Assembly (NCBI RefSeq): GCF_001194135.2
Contig: NC_068997.1
Coordinates: 36,578,396-36,623,667, forward strand
Source: Octopus bimaculoides
Lineage: Eukaryota
Direction of reading: 5' to 3'
DNA length: 45,272 nt
The position numbers and the translations under genes were made by a program. Under the pieces are notes generated by a model, which saw only the letters and a program-made list of their open reading frames with translations, did not search any database and was not told the origin of the DNA. Shown one piece after another: positions 1-10,070 of this stretch; within the stretch, counting starts at the first letter, position 1; each line of letters opens with the position of its first letter.

Positions 1-405
1 CCTCCAAGCTGGTCGTCTTCTGGGCAGCCACTTAGCTCTGATCCTGAAGTCACTAACTACTAGTCTATGTTGTGGGGTACATTCTTCGCCTGGGAATGTT
101 TTGGCATTTCTAAGCAGCCATCTTTCCCTTTTCCTGGCGAGAATGTAGTCAATTTGGCTAGTGTGCCTGCCAGAACGGTAGGTGACTAGGTGACTGGCAG
201 GTTTCCTGAAGTTAGTATTGCAGACCATAAGGTCATTTGCATCACAGAACTCCAGCAGCGTGGTTCCCTCCTCATTGCAGGAACCAAAACCATAGCCTCC
301 ACGTACGCCATAGAGGCCCCCTGAATGTTGTCCAACATGACCATTGAAGTCACCAGCCACAAAGAGAAGGTCCCTGTCATTCGTCGATGAGGTAGTCTGC
401 AGGAG

Positions 406-407
<2 letters not shown>
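1..407 (-). mobile_element. RTE-clade LINE, AP-endonuclease domain (open frame running off the window edge)
   Basis: Manual minus-strand translation has no stops: TLLQTTSSTNDRDLLFVAGDFNGHVGQ...NEEGTTLLEFCDANDLMVCNTNFRKPASHLVTYRSGRHTSQIDYILARK...QHRLVVSDF. It carries the GDFNGHVG, QIDY and QHRLV motifs of RTE APE domains. Absent from the ORF track because there is no start codon. Confidence 0.9.

Positions 408-449
<42 letters not shown>
408..449. repeat. (TA)n microsatellite separating an RTE (-) and a CR1-group LINE (+)
   Basis: About 21 TA units read directly. Confidence 0.98.
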
Positions 450-452
<3 letters not shown>

Positions 453-2958
453 GCACCACCTGCCCCAAAACGGAGGTATGCAGATGTAGTGCACACTACA
501 AACCAGACCTATCAACATGTTGAAAGGGCAGCTGCTGAACAACAATCTTTTTTGTGCATGGCACAAGACTGTACAGCAACTGACCTGACTACAATCTCAC
601 AGATGGGACTATCCCCAATAAACAAGACCACCACAGCAAATAGACCCGAAGGTGGGCACCACTGGCAACAAGACACACATCACAGCGCTGCTCCTACTGA
701 ACATCAGAGGACTGTTAACACTAAGTAACGAGACAAACATCTCTTTCTTGAGAGACCTTGTTGCTTGCAATCAAGCCTGGTACATAGCACTTACGGTAAC
801 ACACCTGAAACCAGATATAGCAAATGCAAAAATACACAGACCACAGTATGTTGTATTATGGACCGACAGGAAAGTGAGGAGTCATGGTGGAGTTGCTAGG
901 TACATCTACGAAGACCTCACACCCCAGGTCCTTTTGTCACACTCAAATTCAGTAAGTGAGACACAAATTGTACATATAAGAGAACTCAGTGTAGTTATAT
1001 GTGCTACATATCACCCTCCAGATGCTCCAAATCATGTAGGCAAGTTTGAAGACTGCCTTACAAAAATAGAAGTTCTAGTCACATTAGAACAACACATAAG
1101 TGTACTTCTTATGGGAGACTTCATTCTACCCAATGTCAGATGGCCCAAGGGCCTTTCTCTCCGAGGAATGACGCGATATGAACAAGGACAGGTGAAGTCC
1201 CTCCTGAACCTCATCAACACTTTGTAGAAAATATACTGGATCACTGCTTCACAAATAATATGGATCTCATCCATAATGCGAAAGTGACACCGACGCTACT
1301 CTCGGATCACAACATGGTACAGCTGACCATGTACAGACCAAAGGAAACCATGGACAAGTAGCCTACAAGAAACTCTCAGAATCTTTCCAATTTGAACTTC
1401 CATAAGGCAAACTGGAAACAAATTGAGAATGAGATCCTCAAACAAAACTGACCTAAATGCCTCTGCTCACCAGACATCAACTTGAAACTTCAACAATTCA
1501 TGTCTGTAATGCAAGCCATATGCTACAAATGTGTCCCGGAGAGAAAGGCCACTGTAAACAAGAATGAAATCCCAAGGGAGAGGAAAATTNNNNNNNNNNN
1601 NNNNNNNNNNNNNNNNNNNNNNNNNNNNNNNNNNNNNNNNNNNNNNNNNNNNNNNNNNNNNNNNNNNNNNNNNNNNNNNNNNNNNNNNNNNNNNNNNNNN
1701 NNNNNNNNNNNGCAACTCTCCCACAAAAAAGAAAGAGCAGACAAAGAAGCCTGGGCTATAGACAATATAAAATCTAACCCCAGAGCTTTCTACAAGTTTG
1801 CCAAAGAAACAGCTTCAGTGCACTGCAGGATAGGGCCACTCCTCAAAAAAGATGGTACACTCACAGGAAACCAAAGGAAGATAAGTGAAATACTAAATGA
1901 GCAATTCAAAAGTTTTTTCACTCCACCCCTAGGGCACTTTCAAGTCAGCAATCCACTGCAGATATAAAAACAGAGGCAATGATGATCGATTACATCAATA
2001 TAAAGGAAGACGATGAAATAAGGGCTATAGATGAAATGAACCCAAACTCAGCTATTGACCCTGATGGATTCCCAGCAATCCTTCTAAAAGTATGTAAGCG
2101 AGTCCCAGCAAGACCACTGCAGTCCCTCTTTCAGAACTTCCTTGCATCTGGCAAACTCCCAAGAAAACTGAAGGAGGGTAAAATATGCCCTATTCATAAA
2201 GGAGGTAGCAGAGCGGAGGCCAAGAACTACAGACCTATCTCTCTGACCTCGCACATCAGCAAGGTCATGGAATGACTAGTCAGAAGAAAACTAATTGCCT
2301 TCCTTGAAGGAAATAACTTGCTGCCTGACACCCAACATGGTTTCCGACCAGGAAGAAGCTGCCTGACTCAGCTCTTACAACACTATGACTGGGTGCTGAA
2401 ACAGCTACTCAACCACTCAAATGTGGAAGTGATATATCTCGAGTTTGCAAAGGCCTTTGATAAAGTCGATCATGGAATGATATGTCACAAACTGCGTGAT
2501 CTCGGCATAGTTGGAAAATTGGGAGAAAGGTTTCATCACTTTCTGAAGGATAGAAGTCAGGTGGTAGTAGCCAATGGGGCCACCTCCAATGACATGCAAA
2601 TAGTAAGCAGTGTTCCGCAAGGCACTGTTTCGGGACCACTACTGTTCATAATGGCCCTCTCAGACATGCCCTCAGCCACACAGAGAGCCACGATCACAAG
2701 TTATGCAGGTGATACAAAAGTCTCACAGGTGATACAGAACCCTGAAGACACAATGCATCTGCAATGTGAGCTGGATGAATAATACAAGTGGGCTGAAAAG
2801 GATAGCATGCAGTTTAATGCTGAAAAGTTTCAAGCCTTGTGCTCTCAGCATACAAAACTAAATGCAATACCCATTAAATACACTGGATCTGGAGGGATTG
2901 CAATCCCAGAGGCATAGTCAGTGCGAGACCTGGGCATTTACATGAGTAATGATGCATC
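450..2958 (+). mobile_element. CR1-group LINE ORF2 (APE + RT), decayed, 3' part cut off by an RTE insertion
   Basis: APE: LLNIRGL...YHPPD...LLMGDFILP (652-1227). RT: PIHKGGSRAEAKNYRPISLTSHISKVME, QHGFRPGRSCLTQLL, EFAKAFDKVDH, VPQGTVSGPLLF, YAGD (degenerate YADD). Stops and frameshifts present. Confidence 0.92.
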
Positions 2959-4152
2959 CATCATCATCACCGTTTAATGTCCGCTTTTCATGCTAGCGTG
3001 TGTTGGACGGTTTGACTGAGGAATGGTGAGCCAGATGGATGCACCAGGCTCCAATCTGATCTGGCAGAGATTCTACAGCTGGATGCCCTTCCTAACGCCA
3101 ACCATTCCGAGAATGTAGTGGGTGCTTCTATGTGCCACCAGCATGAGGGCCAGTCAGGCGGTATTGGCAACGGCCACACTCAAATGGTATTTTTTACGTG
3201 CCACCGATACGAGAGCCAGTTGGCGGCCCTGGCAATGATCATGCTAACACGGTGCTCTTAGCGTTCCACTAACATTGATGCCAGTGAGGCGGTGCTGTCA
3301 TCGGCCATGTCATCAAATTTGATTTTGATTTCATTTGCCTCAACAGGTCTTCGCAGGTTTTCCTAGGTCTACCTCTTCCATAGGTTCCCTCAACCGCTAG
3401 TGTGTGACACTTTTTCACACAGCTATTCTCATCCATTCTCACCACATGACCATACCAGTCATCTCTCTTGCACACCACATCTGATGCTTCTTAGGTCTAA
3501 CTTTTCTTTCAAGGCTTACATTCTGTCATTCCTTCCAAGCTTACGCATGTCATCAGCAGTCACGGCCCATGTTTCACTGCCATGTAGCATGGCTGTTCGT
3601 ACACATTCGTCATACAGTCTACCTTTTACTCTGAGTGAGAGGCCCTTTGTTATCAGCAGAGGTAAGAGCTCTCTGAACTTTGCTCAGGCTATTCTTATTC
3701 TAGCAGCTACACTTTCAGTGCACCCACCCCCACTACTAACTTGGTCACCTAGGTAATGGAAGCTGTCAACTACTTGTAGTTTTTCTCCCTGGAATGTGGC
3801 AGAAGTTGTTCTCTGCACATTTTGAAGTGTTTATTGCACCTGAGCATCTGCCACATACAAAAAGTATCTTCCCAGTTAGCCTTCCTTTGATATTGCTGCA
3901 CCTCTTATGTGTTCATAGCTTACAGTGGGTACGTCTTATAGAGTTTCTACCGACGCCTTTTCTACAGATCGAGCAAGGCCATATACTTGAAGGGATTTGT
4001 AGTTTGTCTGCCTTCCTATTTATTAAGATTTTGGTTTTAGCTAGGTTGACTCTAAGGCCCTTTGATTCTAATCTTTTTCTTCCACACCTGAAACTTCTCT
4101 AGTTCTGATAGTGACTCAGCAATTAGGGCAAGGTCATCAGCATAGGAGCATC
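2959..4152 (-). mobile_element. RTE LINE, 5'-truncated at the YADD motif, with (GAT)n 3' tail
   Basis: Minus strand reads LLYADDLALIAESLSELEK..., and later RTAMLHGSETWAVTADDMRKL. The family 3' end appears on + as catcatcatca-ccgtttaatgtccgc...ggatgcccttcctaacgccaacc. Confidence 0.92.
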
Positions 4153-5261
4153 CTGTCTTGATTTAATTTACTAAACTTATTCTTACATACTTTATAATCT
4201 TTGTATAAAATTACATTTTGCATGTAAGTTGATCTACCAAATTAAAGAATGTTATGTCATATATTATAATCATTTATGGAAATTAAGAACTTTTGGTAAA
4301 TCTCATATTACCTCCCCTTAACTGTTTAACACAATCATTACATTGCCTGAGATTATTTTTATATATAGGAATGATGTATTTTATTTCAGATGTATTAATT
4401 AAGCTTTTCTCGATTAGTCTTATTATTTCGTATTATTAGTACTAAAATTAGTCTTATTATTTTGTATTAATTAGTATTAAAATGTTCCAAGTTAACAGCA
4501 TATTGGGCTGATTCCTGATTCACTGCTTAAATACATAAATAAATTATCATCACCTCTGACTGCATTTTAAAATATGCCCCATTTAAATTTGTTCAGGCTT
4601 AGCAGTCTTTTTACATATATTTTTCCCTGCATCCCAGCTATGCACGAAGGCAATTTACGTAATTCATTGTAATTTATATTATTTTATCTTCAATTTATTT
4701 ATTTATAAGTATTTCTCTTACATAATGTTTATTTTCTTAATATTACCCTTACCTCCTTAAGCATGCTTCATAGCATATTTACTTGTGGTTTACTTAACGG
4801 AATGTGGTATGTCTGAAATTAAAAATTTTTTTAAATTCTTTCCTATCTAATAGTTTATTATTATTTTTTACTTTAAAGGCTTCCAATAAATGTTCTTAAG
4901 GGATGAATGGATATAGCTTGTATTTTGATATTTTATCTTTCCATATCATTCTCGATTTGCTATTTATTCATTTATTTAAATTAAATTTTATTGCATTATG
5001 ATTATAAACATAAACAATACGTTATTATTATAATCATTATATTTAGAAATTATTTATTCCTTTCTAATAACTTCAGTTAATACATATTTTGCCACTGTTT
5101 GCTTCTACTTGACTTAAATTTCATAACTTTCTGTATTGCAGTATTATAGATAAGTATGATATTATGTGACATAATTATATATTTATAAATACAAGCGTTT
5201 TTCTTCTTCCTTTTTTTCTTTTTCTTCTCAGTATCCTTTAATATTACATCAATCTCTTTTA

Positions 5262-5329
5262 TTTATTTAAGACACAAAATATACACTACTTGGGGAAGCA
5301 AGTAGTGTATATTTTGTGTCTTAAATAAA
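5262..5329. repeat. Perfect 31-bp inverted repeat with 6-nt loop
   Basis: tttatttaagacacaaaatatacactacttg (5262-5292), loop gggaag, caagtagtgtatattttgtgtcttaaataaa (5299-5329). Confidence 0.95.
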
Positions 5330-5559
5330 GAAAAGAAGATTGTGGTATTATTATTATATATTTATAAACAGATGCGTTTTTCTGCTTCCTTTTTTACTTT
5401 ACTTTTTCTCCTTCTCAATACCCTATGGTATTATATTAATCTCTTCTTTTCTTTCTTTAAGAAATATAATATATACTACCTTCTCCCTTTATGTTAGGCT
5501 GAGGCCTTCTATAACCAGCTTTTTTTGTATATATGCTTACAGTTAACGGTTTTATAGCC

Positions 5560-5825
5560 CACAAACAAACAAACTGTAAAGCTAGGAATGTAGTCTATAG
5601 TATAAGATGTAAGAGGAACGGTACAGTAACAAGACAATGACGTACGTAGGGGAGACAGCACGGAGCATAAAAGAGCGGGTAAATGAACATTCGAGGGAAC
5701 TTAAGGAAGAGAAGAGCTCATCAGTTCTGTACCAGCACACCAAGCAGGAACATGGGGGCTCACAGATGCAATGCTTAGACAAATTGCAGAAGCTACACAC
5801 TTAATAGAAAACGAACCCAGCCTGT
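5560..5825 (+). mobile_element. Penelope-like element, GIY-YIG endonuclease fragment
   Basis: TNCKARNVVYSIRC, frameshift, MTYVGETARSIKERVNEHSRELKEEKSSSVLYQHTKQEH, frameshift, DAMLRQIAEATHLIENEPSL. Confidence 0.85.
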
Positions 5826-5872
5826 ACATTATTTACATTTGATGGTTATTTGTCCACATCTTGTTTGTTGTT

Positions 5873-5908
5873 AACACAACGTTTCGACTCCAGCCTTCAT
5901 CAGGTGTC
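5873..5908 (-). ncRNA. Minimal type I hammerhead ribozyme motif
   Basis: GACAC-CUGAUGA-A-GGC(UGGA)GUC-GAAAC-GUU/GUGUU. Helix I is GACAC:GUGUU, helix II is 3 bp, and helix III is reduced to the ACGU palindrome. Predicted cleavage after GUU, between 5878 and 5877. Confidence 0.72.
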
Positions 5909-5978
5909 TTGGGGAAATTTTGAACCTGGGTTCTCATTCCTCAGGTATTTTGCAATGTTATTATTATTATTATTATTC

Positions 5979-6052
5979 AGGTCACTGCTTGGAATGGAAC
6001 TTGGAATCTTGGGGTTAGTAGCCTGCGCTCTTAACCACTATGCCATATGACC
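5979..6052 (-). ncRNA. tRNA-like unit with Pol III A/B boxes (not called a functional tRNA)
   Basis: GGTCATA-TGGCATAGTGG(A box)-TTAAGAGC-GCAGG CTACTAA CCCC-AAGATT-CCAAGTTCCATTCC(B-box-like)-AAGCAGTGACC. 74 nt, with ends GGTCAT/GTGACC forming an acceptor-like stem. T- and D-arms are imperfect. Confidence 0.75.
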
Positions 6053-6261
6053 GTGGGCAATTAGGGAGTGAATTTTAGGGCTTATAAATCTAATATTTTC
6101 CTATCCTTCCTTAATACCATTTCCCATATGCTACTCATATCTGCACCCAGTCTGTTTAGGAGATTGTTTTGTCCTAACATAAGTGCTGCTTTTTTTAGTT
6201 TCCGTATTTTCCAGTGGTGTTCTCTTTCTATTATTTTACCTTCATCCCACAGGGGGAGGTT

Positions 6262-6475
6262 TTACTCAAAGGAGATATTTGCGAATAAACCATCTTTGAG
6301 TAAAACCACCAATAGAAGAGAATATGACCAAAAAACTGTGTACTCCATCCAATGCAGCTGTGGTAGGTTATATACAAAGGCAAAACATGCTTCCCCCTCA
6401 AAATACGGGTAGATGAACATCGCAAAGCTGTGGCACGAGGAGATATTGATAAATCAAGTATAGCTGATCATGTAG
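6262..6475 (+). mobile_element. Penelope-like GIY-YIG N-terminal half, inverted relative to its C-terminal half
   Basis: TVYSIQCSCGRLY, frameshift, LKIRVDEHRKAVARGDIDKSSIADHV. Confidence 0.85.
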
Positions 6476-6521
6476 GAGGAGGAGGAGGAGGAGAAGGAGA
6501 AGAAGAAGAAGAAGAAGAAGA
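6473..6521. repeat. (GGA)n(GAA)n microsatellite
   Basis: Read directly. Source of the spurious poly-G/poly-E in ORF 6430-6642. Confidence 0.95.
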
Positions 6522-7240
6522 AGCAACAAAAGCTATAAAACAAATGAAATCCAAACTAAAACTAGAACAGCAACGGACCATGATAAAACGATGGCAAGAA
6601 AAGCCCCTACATGGTAAACACTGGGCTACACCACACCAATAGTAACAGAGAGACTGAGCATGAACAGACACAACAGAGCTGGGACCTATATACACTGGAA
6701 GCTATGCCAACACTATGGAATAACAACAGAAAAAAGATGATATAAACATACACCAGAAAAGGTCACAGAAAACGAGAAAGCAACCANNNNNNNNNNNNNN
6801 NNNNNNNNNNNNNNNNNNNNNNNNNNNNNNNNNNNNNNNNNNNNNNNNNNNNNNNNNNNNNNNNNNNNNNNNNNNNNNNNCGTTTCCCTAAAAGAAATGG
6901 AAAAACTTTAAAAATACAAAGACTTGGAAATAGAGGTAACTCGAATGTGGAATCTAAAAAACAGAAACAATTCCTATCATAGTAGGTGCCTTAGGTATAA
7001 TAAAAAAATATTCAGATAAATACATAACAAAAACACCAGGACTTACAAATATATATAACATACAGAAAATTGCACTACTGGGCACTGCACACATCCTACG
7101 CAAAACACTTTCAATACAGTAACCATAAGAGCATCACAGCAAACCACACCACATACCCAAGGCACACAGAGCTGCGCTTGGTAGTGAAGTGAAAGCACGT
7201 TATAAAAATAAAACTACTGAACAATAATAATAATAATAAT
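6522..7240 (+). mobile_element. R4/Dong-clade (RLE) non-LTR element, 5'-truncated, (AAT)n tail
   Basis: TMIKRWQEKPLHGKHW...RHNRAGTYIHWKLCQHYG...KYKDLEIEVTRMWNL / ETIPIIVGALGIIKKYSDKYITKTPGLTNIYNIQKIALLGTAHILRKTLSIQ*, then 3'UTR and AAT repeats. Confidence 0.85.
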
Positions 7241-7531
7241 GTAAAGGAATATGAAAAACTGTCGAAATATAAGGACATTGAGATATATAGGACGTAGCAA
7301 TTAAAAAACAAAACCATCTCTGTTGCTGTAGGTGCTCTGGGAAAGATCAAGGAAGGTACTAACAAATTTTCCTGGGAAACAAGTAATCTATGAGACTCAA
7401 AAAATTGTGTTGTCATCAACTGTCCACAATACAGTAACCATAAGAGCATCACAGCAAACCACACCACATACCCAAGGCACACAGAGCTGCGCTCGGTAGT
7501 GAAGTGAAAGCACGTTATAAAAATAAAACTA

Positions 7532-7582
<51 letters not shown>
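7241..7582 (+). mobile_element. Second, diverged R4/Dong RLE fragment fused to a near-identical copy of the first element's 3'UTR, plus (AAT)n
   Basis: 7241-7426 reads KEYEKLSKYKDIEI...TISVAVGALGKIKEG. 7427-7534 repeats 7112-7220 almost exactly. About 16 AAT units follow (7535-7582). Confidence 0.8.
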
Positions 7583-7583
<1 letters not shown>

Positions 7584-7730
7584 TCGAAATGCCCAGGTTC
7601 AAAATTTCCCCAAGATGAAGGCTGGAGGGCATATCAGCCGAGACGTTTTGTTAACAACAAACAAGATGAGGACAAATATCTGTCAAATGTAAATAATGTA
7701 CATAATTCCTCATCTCTTAAATACAGAACT
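7583..7730 (+). mobile_element. PLE pLTR tail, same family as 5825-5950, hammerhead disrupted
   Basis: cccaggttcaaaatttccccaag...gaaggctggagggcatatcagccgagacgttttgttaacaacaaacaagatgaggacaaatatc. A small deletion removes helix I and the start of CUGAUGA, and GAAAC is changed to GAGAC. Confidence 0.8.
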
Positions 7731-8374
7731 GCATTAAAACTTTGCCTCAATAGGAAACTAGAATGGAACACTAGCACACACCCCCAACACACCACAACTT
7801 ATCACAGAATAAGATCCCCATAAACTGATAATAATATGAATATAATACAATGCACAGATAAATAAATGGAATTAAATAACTATATACATAAACAAAATAA
7901 ATTAAATTAAATTAAATACAAGAAAAAACAGAAAGTAAAGAAAAAGTAAGTAGATATAAACAAATGAATAAAATAAAAGTAAATTAAATGAACGTGTACA
8001 AAGAGGGGACACTGATAATGCAGGCACATTCCCCCCCACACACACTTACTAAACATAGACATACACAGGGATATATGGATGCACAAAGAAAGACACATAC
8101 AACAGGAATACAAAATGATAGATCATTAGTAAGGAGAGACACACAAAAAAGAAAGAAGAAAGCAAAGGACCACTGATGAGGTCATAGAAGTGTGACAAAA
8201 GAACTCTGGCCGAAATACAATTAATATGAAATAAAGTTGAAGCAAGTGAACACCAAATATATAGTGTGTGTGTTTTTATTTGCTAAACTGGCAACATAAC
8301 CATCCCCAAATACAACAATATCTATCTTAACACACAAATTCACATCAAGAATTTTGCAAAACGAAAATATAAAC

Positions 8375-8585
<211 letters not shown>

Positions 8586-8832
8586 TGATATGATGGCCAT
8601 CCACTCATGTCTGAGGGAGACCATTGCTGACCTTCAGGAACATTGTGCACTCTAGGACTAACTTATATTTTGCATTTGAGGCTCTGTTGATGGCTAATGA
8701 GCCCTGCTCTTGACAAGCATACACGACTGCAAACATTGCAGACCACTACACCAGCAGTGCACTTTTGAGCAGTACGCTTAAGTTCTTCATGCTGATTACG
8801 TGCTCTCTCAAAAGTGTTGACCCCCTCCTTAA
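8586..8832 (-). mobile_element. 3' end of a second RTE family (RTE-1/BovB-like C-terminal zinc finger)
   Basis: KEGVNTFERARNQHEELKRTAQK...VCNVCSRVCLSRAGLISHQQS resembles the CxxC...GLxSH C-terminus of RTE-1/BovB-type ORFs. Confidence 0.7.
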
Positions 8833-8887
8833 CATATACATACATATACACACATATATGAGTGTATGTGTGTGTGTATGTGTATAT

Positions 8888-10070
8888 ATCATCATCGTTT
8901 CACATCCGCTTTCCATGCTAGCATGGGCTGGACGATTTGACTGAGGACTGGTGAAACCGGATGGCAACACCAGGCTCCAATCTAATTTGGCAGAGTTTCT
9001 ACAGCTGGATGCCCTTCCTAACGCCAACCACNNNNNNNNNNNNNNNNNNNNNNNNNNNNNNNNNNNNNNNNNNNNNNNNNNNNNNNNNNNNNNNNNNNNN
9101 NNNNNNNNNNNNNNNNNNNNNNNNNNNNNNNNNNNNNNNNNNNNNNNNNNNNNNNNNNNNNNNNNNNNNNNNNNNNNNNNNNNNNNNNNNNNNNNNNNNN
9201 NNNNNNNNNNNNNNNNNNNNNNNNNNNNNNNNNNNNNNNNNNNNNNNNNNNNNNNNNNNNNNNNNNNNNNNNNNNNNNNNNNNNNNNNNNNNNNNNNNNN
9301 NNNNNNNNNNNNNNNNNNNNNNNNNNNNNNNNNNNNNNNNNNNNNNNNNNNNNNNNNNNNNNNNNNNNNNNNNNNNNNNNNNNNNNNNNNNNNNNNNNNN
9401 NNNNNNNNNNNNNNNNNNNNNNNNNNNNNNNNNNNNNNNNNNNNNNNNNNNNNNNNNNNNNNNNNNNNNNNNNNNNNNNNNNNNNNNNNNNNNNNNNNNN
9501 NNNNNNNNNNNNNNNNNNNNNNNNNNNNNNNNNNNNNNNNNNNNNNNNNNNNNNNNNNNNNNNNNNNNNNNNNNNNNNNNNNNNNNNNNNNNNNNNNNNN
9601 NNNNNNNNNNNNNNNNNNNNNNNNNNNNNNNNNNNNNNNNNNNNNNNNNNNNNNNNNNNNNNNNNNNNNNNNNNNNNNNNNNNNNNNNNNNNNNNNNNNN
9701 NNNNNNNNNNNNNNNNNNNNNNNNNNNNNNNNNNNNNNNNNNNNNNNNNNNNNNNNNNNNNNNNNNNNNNGCACACCACTACTGATGCTTCTTATGTTCA
9801 GCTTTTCTCTCAAGATACTTACACGCTGACAGGTATGCACATTTACATTACACATCCAGCGGAGAATACTGGCTTCATTCCTTGCGAGCTTACGCATGTC
9901 CTCAGCAGTCACAGCCCATGTTTCACTGCCATGTAGCATGGCTGTCCGTACACATGCGTCATACAGTCTGCCTTTTACTCTGAGTGAGAGTCCCTTTGTC
10001 GCCAGCAGAGGTAAGAGCTCTCTAAACTTGGCCCAGGCTATTCTTATTCTAGCAGTTACACTTTCAGCGC
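8888..10070 (-). mobile_element. RTE LINE, 5'-truncated, spanning an N gap
   Basis: ESVTARIRIAWAKFRELLPLLATKGLSLRVKGRLYDACVRTAMLHGSETWAVTAEDMRKLARNEASILRWMCN, plus the same 3' end as 2959-4152. Confidence 0.92.

Larger units (their letters stand above)
5825..6255 (-). mobile_element. Penelope-like element 3' end: GIY-YIG C-terminus plus pLTR (tRNA-like unit, (AAT)n, hammerhead)
   Basis: Minus translation LPLWDEGKIIEREHHWKIRKLKKAALMLGQNNLLNRLGADMSSIWEMVLRKDRKILDL* (stop 6082-6084). The non-coding tail recurs in direct orientation at 7583-7730. Confidence 0.8.

Noticed and set aside
4153-5170. Very AT-rich block (includes a 34-bp tandem duplication at 4413-4481), considered as a NUMT or transposon ORF
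   Set aside because: No recognisable mitochondrial gene or transposon motif in any frame I read. Left unassigned.
5979-6052. Functional tRNA gene (anticodon ACT)
   Set aside because: T-arm and D-arm are imperfect, the anticodon is atypical, and it is embedded in a repeat. Treated as tRNA-like only.
7427-7582. Direct repeats with spacers as a CRISPR-like array
   Set aside because: Eukaryotic context, only two copies, and explained by Dong 3'UTR duplication.
8173-8235. Hammerhead-like CUGAUGA-GGUCA...UGGCC-GAAA
   Set aside because: Core and helix II are present, but there is no valid NUH site (UAUG) and no helix I partner. At most a dead relic.
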